DNA of 64,000 nucleotides from positions 3,658,001 through 3,722,000 of the forward strand of contig CM102285.1 of assembly GCA_046563655.1 (NCBI GenBank). Direction: 5' to 3'. Position numbers and translations under genes: made by a program. The notes below the pieces were generated by a model. It made no database searches, was not told the origin of the DNA, and saw only the letters and a list, made by a program, of their open reading frames with translations. The DNA is from Yuukianura sp. NJ FZ-2021. Lineage: Eukaryota. This document shows, one piece after another, positions 51,999 to 64,000 of this stretch. The first letter of the stretch is position 1. Every line of letters starts with the position of its first letter.

Positions 51999-53764
51999 TC
52001 ATATGATGACGAGTTCAGAGTTTGCACGGCCGTATTTGGCACGATGTGCGTAGAACAAATCTGTAAGTGCTGTCATGTACTTGGCATGAACTTCCTCAAT
52101 ATATTCTTGGCTCGGATTGGCTTGTAGCTCAACAGGAATTGGTGCGCCGACTAAAAAAATGGAATTTTGATGCAAGGTTTCTCAATAATTGACATTTATT
52201 CGAACTTCATTTTTTTTTTTTTGAAAAATCATACCGACTGAAGTAATTGGGCGCCGTCTTGGAAGAAGTCCAATTGAATACTGAAATATTCCTCTACCAA
52301 AAACCAAATTTGGCAGAACACCGAACAGATCAACGGATTTATCCTGGATATTCCTAACCCAAGATCCCTTCGGGTTCTTCAGTTGAGAGTAAACGTCGGT
52401 TTCACCAAAACTGTAAATCGGGACTAATGGAGCTCTGAAATGCGAAATTTTGAATTTTGAAACTGTCGAAAACGTTAAGAATTTTCAATTTCAGGTTTCA
52501 TGTGGCGGCGTACCCATTTTGAATAGCGACCCTGATAAATCCTTTTCGTTTTTTCAAGTAAACGATGTCTGTTCCGGGAGAGGAGCAGAGCACTATAAAG
52601 TCATGTGACAAAACTTAGTTTAAAAAAGGTTCAAAATATCTTAGAAAATCAAATTTCAAAAAAAGGTTTTTGAAAACTGTTTTAAAATTGCAGTTACTAA
52701 CATTCACGAGCTCCCCCGGTTGTAATTACCACGCCGTTCCCGACGCCGCTTTTACTCAACAGAAAATTCATACTTTCCCGCGATACGGAACATGCACCTA
52801 AAATAGTAGGTAATGTTAAAAAAGTTATGAACCTTTGTAAATCAAAATTTTGCATTGAACTTAGTAATTTAACTTACCACAAGCTAGTGCGATATGACGA
52901 AATACTGGAATTCGAAAAAATCCGTCCATGGTGAGCATGGTTATTTTGATTCCGGGGAAAACTTGACTGATGTTGGTGCCCTCAGAAGCAAAATTTCCAT
53001 ACTGACCTTCACATTTTACACAGATTGAAAGTTCAAAAAATGTCAAAAATTATCTTTTTCGCAAAACAATTGCTCTTACCGCAACTGAGTATTCCATGAG
53101 GGTGGCACGCCATTAAGTAGTTCCTGGATGGATCCAATTCCGCAGTTTTCACTAATCGAATTGGAAAGTAATTGCAGTACAATTTCCACAGTTTAGAGTT
53201 CCTCCACAAGTCAGACCTTCAAAAAAACAACAACAATTTTTGAACTTTTTCAAAAAATAAAATTTTGAAAAAGTTTTGTATACCTTCGTCCCCCTGTTCT
53301 CCCAATGTTTCTATCGTAAATCATCCAAGTGATGTAGGCAAGTCCGAAATACCAGTAACTGGTGTACAGTAGAACGTAAATGAGCAATAATGGGCCAAGA
53401 ACAGGAAATGACCAGAAGAACAGCCATGACGCAGTGCCAAACTGGAATTAGTTGTAATGATTATTACAATATTTTATATAAATTATACAATAGAATATTA
53501 TTACTTTATATGAATTTATATAAATTATATAAATTCTTTCTCTGTACCGTTTCCAAACGCCTTGACCATGGAATCCACAGCGGAGCGAATTCAACCAATC
53601 TAAGAAAAAAAAATTTTGCAAATTAATTTTGAGAGCATAAATTTGAAAACCATAAACGCCGAAACCAAAGTTCAGAAAATTGTTTACATTAAATTAAACA
53701 ACAATAACAAAACTAAATCAGACCTTTTTCGTTGTACGGAATGCTTAATTTCAATTTCACTCAT
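51999..53764 (-). CDS. Monoacylglycerol/diacylglycerol O-acyltransferase (MOGAT/DGAT2 family), 347 aa; exons 53764-53724, 53599-53548, 53441-53284, 53216-53080, 53006-52878, 52797-52702, 52592-52514, 52434-52235, 52150-51999
   Basis: Exons sum to 1044 nt in frame. Motifs [82 protein letters not shown]. Confidence 0.92.
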
Positions 53765-54342
53765 CGTTTTTTTTTCCTGTTCCAATGTTCTATATTTTTA
53801 AAAATTTGACTTTTTGCAAATTTTTGTTCTTCTGTCAAGGAGGTTGTAGCAGCTCCTTCCAAGGAATATGTCAATTGCTTTTGACGTTTTTGTTCCTCCG
53901 ACTTAATTACGACTGACGTAAATGCTTCTGATGTATTTTTGATTTATATAAATGTCGCAGACGTAATTGAACCGATGTAATGACGTGCTACGTTCTATCA
54001 AGTGTCTATCTGGAGCTAAGATTCGAATGATTAGTTTTTTTTTTGTTGAGTCCACAACCTTTGTAATTACAATGCTGGAGCAACATTTATGCTACGTGCG
54101 AAGGAAATGCAAGGTTTTCACACCTAAAAACTTTTATTCGGAAAATTTTCATTTATATAGAAATTGTTTCATTTATACTGACGGTAAGGAATTCCATGGA
54201 ATACTAATTACTTATGTACCGCCGATTTTTTTGCGTACAAAGTTAGCACAATGCATTAAGCACATTGGACACAGATGTTGACAAAACCATTACACTTTTG
54301 CTTGGAATTTAAAAAAAAACGCGGTTTTACTGCAGTCGCGGT

Positions 54343-55329
54343 CATCGTCCGAATGGCTCAATACAAATTTTCATTTCCCTTGATTTTGACGTTGCCACAT
54401 TTCTATGGAAAAACACTAGAAAAAGACCAGAGATCGCAAACTCACCTGTCGTGTCAAAGGTCAAATTTTCCAATATTTTTTTTTAATTGTGAAATCTATG
54501 TTATCACGCTTGCTGAACTCGAATATGATAATTAAAAAATTCAAAAATCGATTCCTAATTAGTTAATTAATTAAAATCGTTAATTAACATTTTCCTAATT
54601 AAGACTGCAATACATGCATTAGGGATGAAATTTGGTTGCTGAAAACGAATTTGACCTTTAAAATGCTGAAAAACCGATTCCTAATTAGTTAATTAATTAA
54701 AATCGTTAATTAGCATTTTCCTAATTAAGACTGCAATACAAGCTTTAGGGATGAAATTTGGTTGCTGAAAACGAATTTGACCTTTAAAGTCCTGAAAAAC
54801 CGATTCCTAATTAGTTAATTAATTAAAATCGTTTAAATTCGTTTAAATCGTAATTAAAATGTTAATTAACGGTTTTTCAGCAATTTAAAGGTCAAATTCG
54901 TTTTCAGCAACCAAATTTCATCCCTAATGCATGTATTGCAGTCTTAATTAGGAAAATGTTAATTAACGATTTTAATTAATTAACTAATTAGGAATCGGTT
55001 TTTCAGCAATTTAAAGGTCAAATTCGTTTTCAGCAACCAAATTTCATCCCTAATGCATGTATTGCAGTCTTAATTAGGAAAATGTTAATTAACGATTTTA
55101 ATTAATTAACTAATTAGGAATCGATTTTTGAATTTTTTAATTATCATATTCGAGTTCAGCAAGCGTGATAACATAGATTTCACAATTAAAATAAATTATT
55201 TGAAAATTTGACCTTTGACACGACAGGTGAGTTTGCGATCTCTGGTCTTTTTCTAGTGTTTTTCCATAGAAATGTGGCAACGTCAAAATCAAGGGAAATG
55301 AAAATTTGTATTGAGCCATTCGGACGATG
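54343..55329. mobile_element. Foldback element (CAT..ATG ends, 8-bp TSD) with internal ~126-bp tandem repeats; Galileo/P-like architecture
   Basis: The whole element is a near-perfect palindrome. TSD gtcgcggt (54335-54342, 55330-55337). Confidence 0.9.
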
Positions 55330-56340
55330 GTCGCGGTTGAGGATGACCCAGAAAAAAATACAAATGAACTTTATTAAGGGAAAAATGTATTTTTCATTCC
55401 CTCCTTGAGTGAAAAATGAACATGTTACGAAACCGGTATCGTTTTGGAACATTTATCTGACATATTTTGCTCCGTTTGACCAGAAGACGTTGACCTTTGA
55501 CTCGTCCGACCACAAAATTTGTTTCCAAAACGATACCGGCCTCGTAGCATATTCATTTGCAACCTCAATCTTTCGACAACATTCTTGTTTGGCACAAATG
55601 GCTTCCGAATCCGCTTGAAGATTCGCAATTTCTTTTTATTGTGCGCCACTAAATGCTGTATTTTTTCACACTCATCACATGCATGTGATGCTTATTCTTA
55701 AACTGATGGTATGGTGTACTTCTGCGCGTAAACAAATTTAAACAACATAACTTTCCAGTTTCTGCAGGCGTGGGAAGATTACACATAAGATAAAGGACCT
55801 TACCGGATTTCTATTGAGCTGGGCCACATGGAGGGAATTGTGTGTGTTTTTGGAGGGGTTTTGGAGGGAAAAAAACTCCCTCCAAAACACCAGTCTGTGC
55901 CCTTATCACATTTTTGGAATTCGGCGTGTAGGACGAGGCGCGCGAAAAAATGCGAAAATGAATGAAATGAATGAGTTTTTAACTCATTCATTGAACATAT
56001 TTTAAATTCCAAGTCTTTCATCTTTCAAAATTTTTCAAAATCGAGTTCATTCTTCAACAAACTCTCGAGAGGTAAACATGTTGCTCTCGTCAATGTTAAA
56101 ATGCGCTTCTAACCTAAGCTTGCCTTAATTAACCCTGCTTTTAATTGCAATTAGAACCCTGGATAGAGTGGTTGCAACGGTAACCTAGGATTAGCCACCG
56201 AGTCGTCAAGCGACGTCAAAAAACTCGACCTAGCTGGTTACCGAATACACTCCGGGACACCCGTCCTGCAATCCAGGAAGCTCTGAGGGAACTCAGTGTA
56301 GATAGGCAGGCAGGCAGGGATGCGTAGGGTGTTAGGTCAT

Positions 56341-56670
56341 TTGAAACTTGAAACATTAAATACTTAAAGCAATAACGATTTTGAAACTAATCAAATTAAA
56401 TATTTAAAGCAATAACGAATTTGAAACTTAAAACATTAAATACTTAAAGCAATAACGAATTCGGAACTTAAAACATTAAATACTTAAAACAATAACGAAT
56501 TTGAAACTTAAAAAATTAAATACTTAAAGCAATAACGAATTCGGAACTTAAAACATGAAATACTTAAAACAATAACGCATTTGAAACTTAAAAAATTAAA
56601 TACTTAAAGCAATAACGAATTCGGAACTTAAAACATTAAATACTTAAAGCAATAGCGAATTCGCAACTTA
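56341..56670 (+). repeat. 40-bp tandem repeat, about 8 copies, upstream of the transposase
   Basis: Unit ttgaaacttaaaacattaaatacttaaagcaataacgaat at 56341, 56381, 56421 and onward. Confidence 0.9.
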
Positions 56671-56741
56671 AGACAGTAGCGTACTTGTAACATTGATGAG
56701 AGCAACTGGATTTTGTAGTGTTTTGGTGAAAGTTAAAGACA

Positions 56742-58633
56742 ATGGCGTTTCAGTGCAGTAAAGTGCCAGCTTCTGAAAGGAAGTGTTGTATCTGCGGTAG
56801 TGCTGATGGCAGAGGTCGTCTTCCAAAGACAGCAATAGCGGACTTGTTTGCTAGGGAGAAGATCCTCATACCCTTCGAGAATCGGTGCTGTCTTCAACAC
56901 TTGGAGAATTCAGTCCTGAACAAAGATGCAATCGATCTGGTGAAGCCGAAGACTTTGGTCGCGATGATGACGGCTGATGAAGTATACGAGGTATCGAAGA
57001 GTCTCATCGAAGCCATCACGAAGACTGGATCTCCTAAGGCTTCTCCCAATTCTCCTCAGCAAAACTGCTTGAATTTCGATAACCGGGGAGTTCCAGCTTC
57101 TTCTTATGATGTTCTACTTGGGGTGAAGAAACAAAACTTCGACGAGCTGCTGACGTATTTGGATGGTATGCACGACTCGAAACACAGGAGCAGAAGAAAC
57201 GCGCTTGCTGTGACGCTTTTCCACTTAAGAACTGGATTGTCGCAAGACCAAATAGCAGCCATCTTCAATATCCCACAGCAGCGTGTCTCAGAGGTCATAA
57301 CATCAGTCCTTTGTCATCTGGAGACCAATTTTGTTCCGCGCCATCTGGGTTTGGACCACAAGACCCGAGACCAACTGATCCAGGAGCACGGGACAATTTT
57401 GACACGGGAACTGCTTGGTGCTGGGAATCCCAACAAGTTGATAGTAATCATGGACGGGACGTACTTTTACATCCAGGCGTCTCGGAACCATGAGTTTCAA
57501 AAGCGGACCTTCTCAGCACAGAAGCATCGGAACCTTCTCAAGGCGATGATGATTGTGATGCCAGATGGGTACATTGTCGACTGTTTCGGGATGTACTTGG
57601 CGGACGGCAAGAATAACGACGCTTCCATCTTAAATTCGCTGTACGACTCGGAATCCGGCATACAATCCCTTCTGGAGGAAGACGACATCATAGTCTGTGA
57701 CCGCGGCTTCAGGGATAGCGTAGAAGTTGTCAATGGTTTTGGGAACGAAGTTGTAACGCCTAAGTTCTTGACCAAAGGTAGCCAACTGGATGCTGTCGCC
57801 TCCAACCAGTCACGGCTTGTGACGAAGGGAAGATGGGTGGTTGAAAGCGTGAATGGGCGTCTGAAGCTTGTGTACCATCTTCTGCGGAACATCATCTCGA
57901 ACCACTACGTCAACAACAACAAGCTGCGGCAAATACTCAGAGTCGCTTGTGCTTTGCTGAACGCCTACCATCCTGTTCTTTGCAAAGACAAGGCGGACGA
58001 CATGCAGTGGGCTCGGGAGATGTTGGACCGTAGTGAACTGCCAAACTTACTGGAGGATCAGATAAAGGCGTCTGGTTACTTGACAAGTCGTGTGACATGG
58101 CGAAATGTTGAAGATCTTCAACAAGAACTACTGGACTTCCCAAGGCTTGATGCGGACGACTTGTACAAGTTAACCATTGGTGTTTATCAGATCAAGAGGG
58201 CTCCGGAGTACGCGGCCTGCTTTGTACCTAATGGTTAGTGTTAAATTATTATTTAAATTATTTTACACAATTGCAAAGTCTTAGTGTTGGCGTATTTGTA
58301 GATGGCGAACAGCAACAACGTTCTGTGTTCTACCACATTATCAGACCCGGTCTGCTGAAGTTTAGGATTACCAGCCGGTTCAAGTCAGGGACAGACCACA
58401 AGTCCTTCATTCAGTACGACGGAAGCAGACCAGGGTTTGACGCCATTTTAGGGTACTACTGCACCTGCAAGGCTGGAGCCAGGATCGTTGGCTGTTGTTC
58501 CCACGTTTCTGCCATAGCGTGGTACTTGGGGCACGGCCGTCATCAAGCGAAGATGAAGATACCAGCTGAAGGGATTAGTAAGCACATCTTGGACGCCGCC
58601 AAAGGTATGGGTATTGATTGCGGGAAGTTGTAA
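56742..58633 (+). CDS. Transposase (~607 aa): THAP-like C2CH finger, HTH, DDE_Tnp_4-type core, C-terminal SWIM-like finger; exons 56742-58233 and 58302-58633
   Basis: CCIC..CCLQH; GLSQDQIAAIFNIPQQRVSEVI; MDGTY, CDRGF, VVESVNGRLK; CTCKAGARIVGCCSH. A phase-1 GT-AG intron at 58234-58301 joins the two ORFs. Confidence 0.88.
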
Positions 58634-60930
58634 GCCAAAAGTAACAAAACTTTGTAATGTAGGATTTCCTTTGGAGCACTAACATCTCACTGGCGCATTA
58701 TGGGGAAAGTTTGAAAGTTCCACCCCATATAAAAAAAAAAGGTAATGGGGTACGATGGAGAGATCGGTTCACGTCCGGTACCCTGTTTCAACAGAATTCT
58801 CTCCAAACGGTTGTTAGTTCTAGGAAAAACAGTGCAACACATATGATATTTAGCAACAGTATACAAATATGAGTGAAATAGTTATGACTTATGACTTAGA
58901 CTATCCACGTACAGTATTATATTTACTTATTTATATGTAAGATACTTATCAATTTAGTACCTACTTATTAGTACATTATATATAATAAATATGAAATATG
59001 TAATGAATTATAGGATTGTAATTATTAATTTAATTCTTAAATAATTATGATAAAATACTACTACATATGTTAAACCTTAACTTTAAATATTAAATTGTCT
59101 AAATGTGTAAAAAAGATTGTCTTTGGTAAAATAAAAAAGTTGTTAATAACTCTTGACACTTTTGCTCATTTTGTTTAAAAGAATTTTTTGGTACAAAAGA
59201 AAAGTATTTTTTGAAGTTTAAAACATCGAAATTGTATTACGCTAAGCGTAGCCGCAAACCGCACGGAGCGGCTGTTTGGGGTGGTTGGGCACAGACTGTA
59301 ACCCCGCGCGTAGTCTTTTTTCCCTCCCAACCCATTTTTCGTCCCCTTTTCTTCCCCACACAAAATCCTCATGTGGCCCAGAAAGTCTCTTTCTTATGGG
59401 AAATCCGGTAAGGTCCTTTAAAATTTATGTTTAACTTAATAAAGGATTTTTTAGCAAGGAAATTAATGTGAGGTTGGGTGTTGTTTTTTGTTGGCCATTA
59501 CACCATGTTTCTAATTCAAATGCTGGAACAATATTTATTTACAAGGTTCCTTGACAACAGAGTTGCATTTCTACAACAGATTATGTAATAACTCTGGATT
59601 TTCAAAAATCTCAAAAAAAAACTTATAATTTCTTGTCTCCAGTTTGTATTACTTAACTTGTAAATAATGACCATAGAAAGATACAGGAGAAAATTTCTCA
59701 CGAATTTTATAAGAATTCTGAAAACATTAAATTATTAGACAACCTGGTGTAGAAAAAACTTTTCTGTATTCCTTGAACCTTGAACATTTATGCAACGTGT
59801 GAAGGAAATACGAGTTTTAAACCTAAAAATACATTTATTCGAGGCCTAAGAGTTTGGATCACCACATTCCCCGTTATTCTGAGGTTCTTCAGTTTGAGCT
59901 AACTTGTTTATTAGTCCCGGGGAATTGTTCATTCCGTTAGCTTAAAAAACCGCGCTATCGCTTGAACTACTTTTTTATGTGCGATTTACATCCGGTTTAT
60001 TTCATTAAAACGTTGTTAAGGCTATCCCTGCTAAAGCACTTCAACAGTAAATAACTTGCGCGCCATTTCATACGTGTTATGTTAACTGTATTTTCCCTTT
60101 CCCTCTAAAGAGCATAGGTAAGTTGAAGAATATTTAAATTTCTATGACGAAATACTTTAAGTTCATATTTTATGAAATAGCATTGAATTTTTAATTCTAA
60201 TTCTACTAATTTTATCCAGCTCCCCCTCGAAGAAGTAATCTGTAAACAACAGTGTTGCTGCATACCCACTTTTTCGACATTTCGTCCACGGCTGGATATC
60301 CAGTGGAAGAAATGGACGAAATGGATGAATCCAAAAGAGCGGAGCTTTGCTGTGTTTGAAATAATTAAATACAAAAAATACTTAAACAATTCAAAATACC
60401 ATACAAAGACGAAGGAAAAACCGTTTTCGTATAAGTTTTAAGTAAATAATTAATTCTGACAATAAAAGAAACTCTTTAGAACATTTTGTTTTGAATTTCG
60501 AGCTAAATTCTGAATTTCTTCCATCCATTAAAAGTTTCATTCATTTCATGGGTATTTCCTCTAGTGAAAGTGACAATTAAGTCACTGAACGTTTAAACTT
60601 CCAGCAAAACTGGTAAACAAGTAATCAAGCTCGACTTCTTAGAATACACTGCAGCCTGAGATTCTCCGAGAAGAAAGGCGTTGAACTTATGATTTATTAA
60701 TGTACTTTAATTAAGTAAAAACCAGTCGAAGCGTGTTCAAAAAGATCAAATCAAAAGAGATGAAATGAAATTTAATACGCAACTTTCCTAGTTTTCGCAA
60801 AAATTTTCCTTCATTAGGGTAATTTCCGTAGTGTTGACACCTTCCAAGTGTGGATCGACGTACCCGACATTCCAGGTTATTCTGGGGTTCTACCTCATGA
60901 AATACTCCGTTTATTAGCGATGGGACGTCA

Positions 60931-60994
60931 ATAGCCAATGCAATGCAACCAGAGCATAACGTACGTTATGCTCTGGTTGCATTGCATTGGCTAT
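60931..60994. repeat. Perfect 64-bp spacerless palindrome
   Basis: atagccaatgcaatgcaaccagagcataacgt|acgttatgctctggttgcattgcattggctat. Confidence 0.9.
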
Positions 60995-61402
60995 GGAAAC
61001 CGCTCTATCGTTAGAGCTAACTTCTTTATGTGCAGTTTACAACCGGTTTATTTCATTTCGGTTGATTTCAAAATTATACGTCTTTCCCAAGGTTGCTATA
61101 GCAACGAAATTGTTTTGCTTTAAGAGGTTTGGCAATAACTCCTGCTTACGAAAAAATTCGCTCCAAAAAATTTTTTGTCACAATTTTTACCCAATCCCAT
61201 TTGATTGCATATAAATCATTACCATAGGAAGGCACGGTGAACCAAGTTTTGCTAATTTTTAAAGAAAATTTAAAACGCTTGAGTTATTGCCTAACCTGTT
61301 GAACAAAAAACTATTTTCTTGTTTACAAACCTTGGTCTTTCCCAACAAAAAAACAACGAAAATGTTGGAAATACTTGACTTTTTGTTGGCAGTTGCACTG
61401 AC

Positions 61403-61628
61403 CTTGGTAGATGACGCCCAATTGGATGAACGTGATTGGTCCGTATCTGGCTGAAACTTCATGGAATGTTGCAAATGGCGTTTCCTTCTGCCACAAACCG
61501 AGTTGAACCAAGTTCCCGATTCCAGGAAGTCTCCATGGTCCAGACGGAAGATTCTTGGGAAAACGGGCTCCAAATTTGAAGCAAATTAGGAAGAAGATGC
61601 CTGCGAGGATGAGGATTTCGTTCAACAT
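61403..61628 (-). pseudogene. CYP copy D: exon 1 and upstream region only
   Basis: Near-identical to exon 1 of copy B ([19 protein letters not shown]..), with upstream homology 39353-40815 vs 61628-64000. Homology stops near 61340 and no exon 2 is found downstream. Confidence 0.8.
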
Positions 61629-61916
61629 TCCAAACCGTCCGATGCACAGTTGTTGCTTGTTATTGTTGACAGATGAAGTGAAATGGAAATGCAGCGGTGT
61701 ATCCGAGCCCAGTTGTTGATTGAAATTGGTTTTTTTTATATCTTCCGCTTCGCTTATGGTGGTGGGAAACGCAGAACTCTCGAAATGAAATTCGAACACA
61801 TATCACGGGATTCACATTTGTCATTTATATCCAATGGACCTCTGGAGGCTTTAACCCCTTCCCAATCAAATTAGATTAGAACAATCGTTGCTAACCTAGC
61901 CAAAATGAGTTGGACG

Positions 61917-62825
61917 CAGGGTTGGCAAAATGACGTCATTTTCGTGAAAATGACGTCATTTTGCCAAATTTGCCGTTTAAAACGTTAAAAACGCGTCAGA
62001 AACGTCACAAACGTCAGAAACCTTTCCTCCAAAAATTAAAATCTTTAATTCTAAATTGCCGGTTAACCTACATTGTAAACTTGATAACTAATTTATAACG
62101 TAAACAGCTGTCAGTTCTGCATGTTCAGCATGTAAGAATGGCGTATTCGTAGGGCACGTAAAATACGTATTTTTCCCAATTATACAAAAAAAAACGTATA
62201 ATTTGTATTATACCGTATTTTATGTATTCTACGTGGCATGACGTATTGCGCTACTGCAGTGGTGCAGTAGTTTGTAGTGTCTCCAAAAAGAAATTCGAAG
62301 GAAACGGCGCAGCAGCAGAGCAATGTGACAGCAATATTGGCAGGAATTCTTCGTTAATTTCTCTCAAACGTCCAAACCCGATTTCTTGTTCTTCTGGAGA
62401 CAATCGCTCACCACGGAATCTATGGTCAATCAGATTGGCCAAAAAATGACTTGGTGTCAGAGCCATTGCCTTGCGACGGATCACTGGCTGCGGATTTGGT
62501 TCTAGATCAAAGTGTTCCCAGATTTGGTCTTTTCCCCGGGGCATAACGATAAAGTAATTACTACACAATTTACGATTGACGGAAAAGTCAAAAAAACAAA
62601 AGGATAATTAAAACTATCGACGACAAAGTAACGACTTCTTTTGTTTGTTGTGAATTCCGCTTTCAAACCATCGAACCCCACGGGTTTTACTTGAAAATTT
62701 GAGCGCGAATGCACGGTTTTATAAAAAATGAATCTGACAAAAATGACGTTTCTGACAAGGGGTCTTGTCAGAAACGTTTATGACAGACGTTTTTGACTGA
62801 CGTCATGGTCATTTTGCCAACCCTG
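61917..62825 (-). mobile_element. Internally deleted hAT transposon
   Basis: TIR cagggttggcaaaatgac. 8-bp TSD gttggacg. The minus-strand ORF fuses a BED-like start (MPRGKDQIWEHF) to a hAT C-terminal piece (HFLANLIDHRFRG). Absent from the paralogous copy B upstream region. Confidence 0.88.
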
Positions 62826-64000
62826 GTTGGACGTGTCGACATGTCCAAACTCATCTGCCAAAATACGCAGAATTCAAAAACAGAGCAGGTTAGTGAGGTA
62901 AAGGTTAGGTTTTGTTAAGGTTACAAAACTGGAAGAGTTATGCTTCGCTGCAATCTCCTCTACCAATGGCATGTGCCCAGAATTTTTGGCAGTGTTGCAC
63001 GCACATCATCATTTGTCAATTAAAGGTACCCATGATTTTCATGACACAAATATAAAACAAAAACACCCTATTGCTATATGACCGTTCTAAATTACGCGCA
63101 TGCGCTTCACCGAAGAATCTCTTGGTCAGATAGGAGAAAAGTTCCTTACAACGACGCTCTAATCTACAGTGCTCTCCAGCACTGTGTTCCAGCATCAGCA
63201 TTAACATCAGCACCGGCCATAAATACGCTAACTCGAATAGTAAATCGTATAACTTAAGTTATAACCATTATGCTGCATAGGTTCGAACGTGATAGAAAAG
63301 TATCTCCATAACTGGCAATACAAAGCGTCCATATTTAAACTCCCACTTTTCTTGTAAAATGCTGAAATTATTATGGCAGTACCCAGCGATTTACTCGGAG
63401 GAATTCAAAAAGCAGTGACGAGCTTCACAGCGTCAAGGCTACATTAAAATGGTTTAACTTCACGCCATTTTAATTGGATTTGAGTGTTTTTATGAAAAGA
63501 GAAACGAGAGTGTTACGTAAAAAAAATAGTATTTTATTGCCACTTATAAAATAACCAAAGTTCTCACGATGCATGGTTTAAATTTTGAACAAAAATTTGA
63601 TTACGGCTTTATGCTAACATGTCAGCTAAATAAAATAAATCTTTTGACAACGTGTGTGGCAATGAGCCGTTGGCGTATAATGTGAACATGTTGTCCAATT
63701 AAAAATAATTTAATCCAGTTGACCAAATACTGCACTATGCAGTATGAACCCGTGTTTAAACCAACGAATTCCAACGATGACTCCGAATGTAAGTTTAGTT
63801 TGTAAAAGTGGATATTCTGCCTTAAGCTGTAAAACTTTGTAAGTTACGTATACGAAAAATTCTTTGCCTGAAGAAACTTTAAAATGGTTCTACGAGTATA
63901 AACGTGATAGAATTAAAGCGAACATTTTCTTCTGCGATTTTAACTTCGAGATTGAGTTATAATTAAATTAATTACATTTAAACACGTTTCGGCAGGTGTG

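Larger units (their letters stand above)
55795..59416 (+). mobile_element. Apparently autonomous PIF/Harbinger-ISL2EU-type (PHIS) DNA transposon
   Basis: Perfect TIR ggaccttaccggatttc / gaaatccggtaaggtcc plus subterminal inverted gggccacatg..ttgtgtg. Flanks are taaa | ttta. Contains the transposase gene. Confidence 0.9.

Noticed and set aside
54275-55319. Two identical opposite-strand ORFs (MAQYKFSF...)
   Set aside because: A consequence of the foldback palindrome; no domain signal.
56341-56670. 40-bp array as a CRISPR array
   Set aside because: Units are contiguous and near-identical, with no spacers.
58238-58633. Separate second transposon gene
   Set aside because: Joins the upstream ORF in frame through intron 58234-58301, so it is one protein.
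60220-60440. Possible plus-strand coding exon
   Set aside because: Open for about 70 codons but with no recognisable family or convincing partner exons.

Overview
Eukaryotic, AT-rich, gene-dense DNA with short (about 60-140 nt) introns and arthropod-like genes. The style resembles a springtail such as Folsomia, but this is an unverified inference. Splicing by hand gives these genes: the 3' end of TMX3; a PP1 glycogen-targeting subunit (Gbs-76A/PPP1R3); an unusual ~412-aa histone H2A variant with a ~290-aa N-terminal extension; an RTN4IP1-like MDR oxidoreductase; an S1 serine protease; WDR83; an SLC35G/EamA transporter; ISY1; a tandem array of CYP2-clan P450s (three intact, one exon-1-only remnant) with a co-duplicated ISY1 pseudo-exon; and a 9-exon MOGAT/DGAT2 gene that the ORF track almost misses. 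DNA transposons are abundant. They include an apparently intact PIF/Harbinger-ISL2EU-type element sitting in AAA|TTT with no clear TSD, hAT and P-like MITEs with 8-bp TSDs, foldback elements, a TIR-less family with 9-bp TSDs, a pogo remnant and a tRNA-derived SINE. Family assignments come from recalled motifs, not database searches, and exon boundaries were read by eye.
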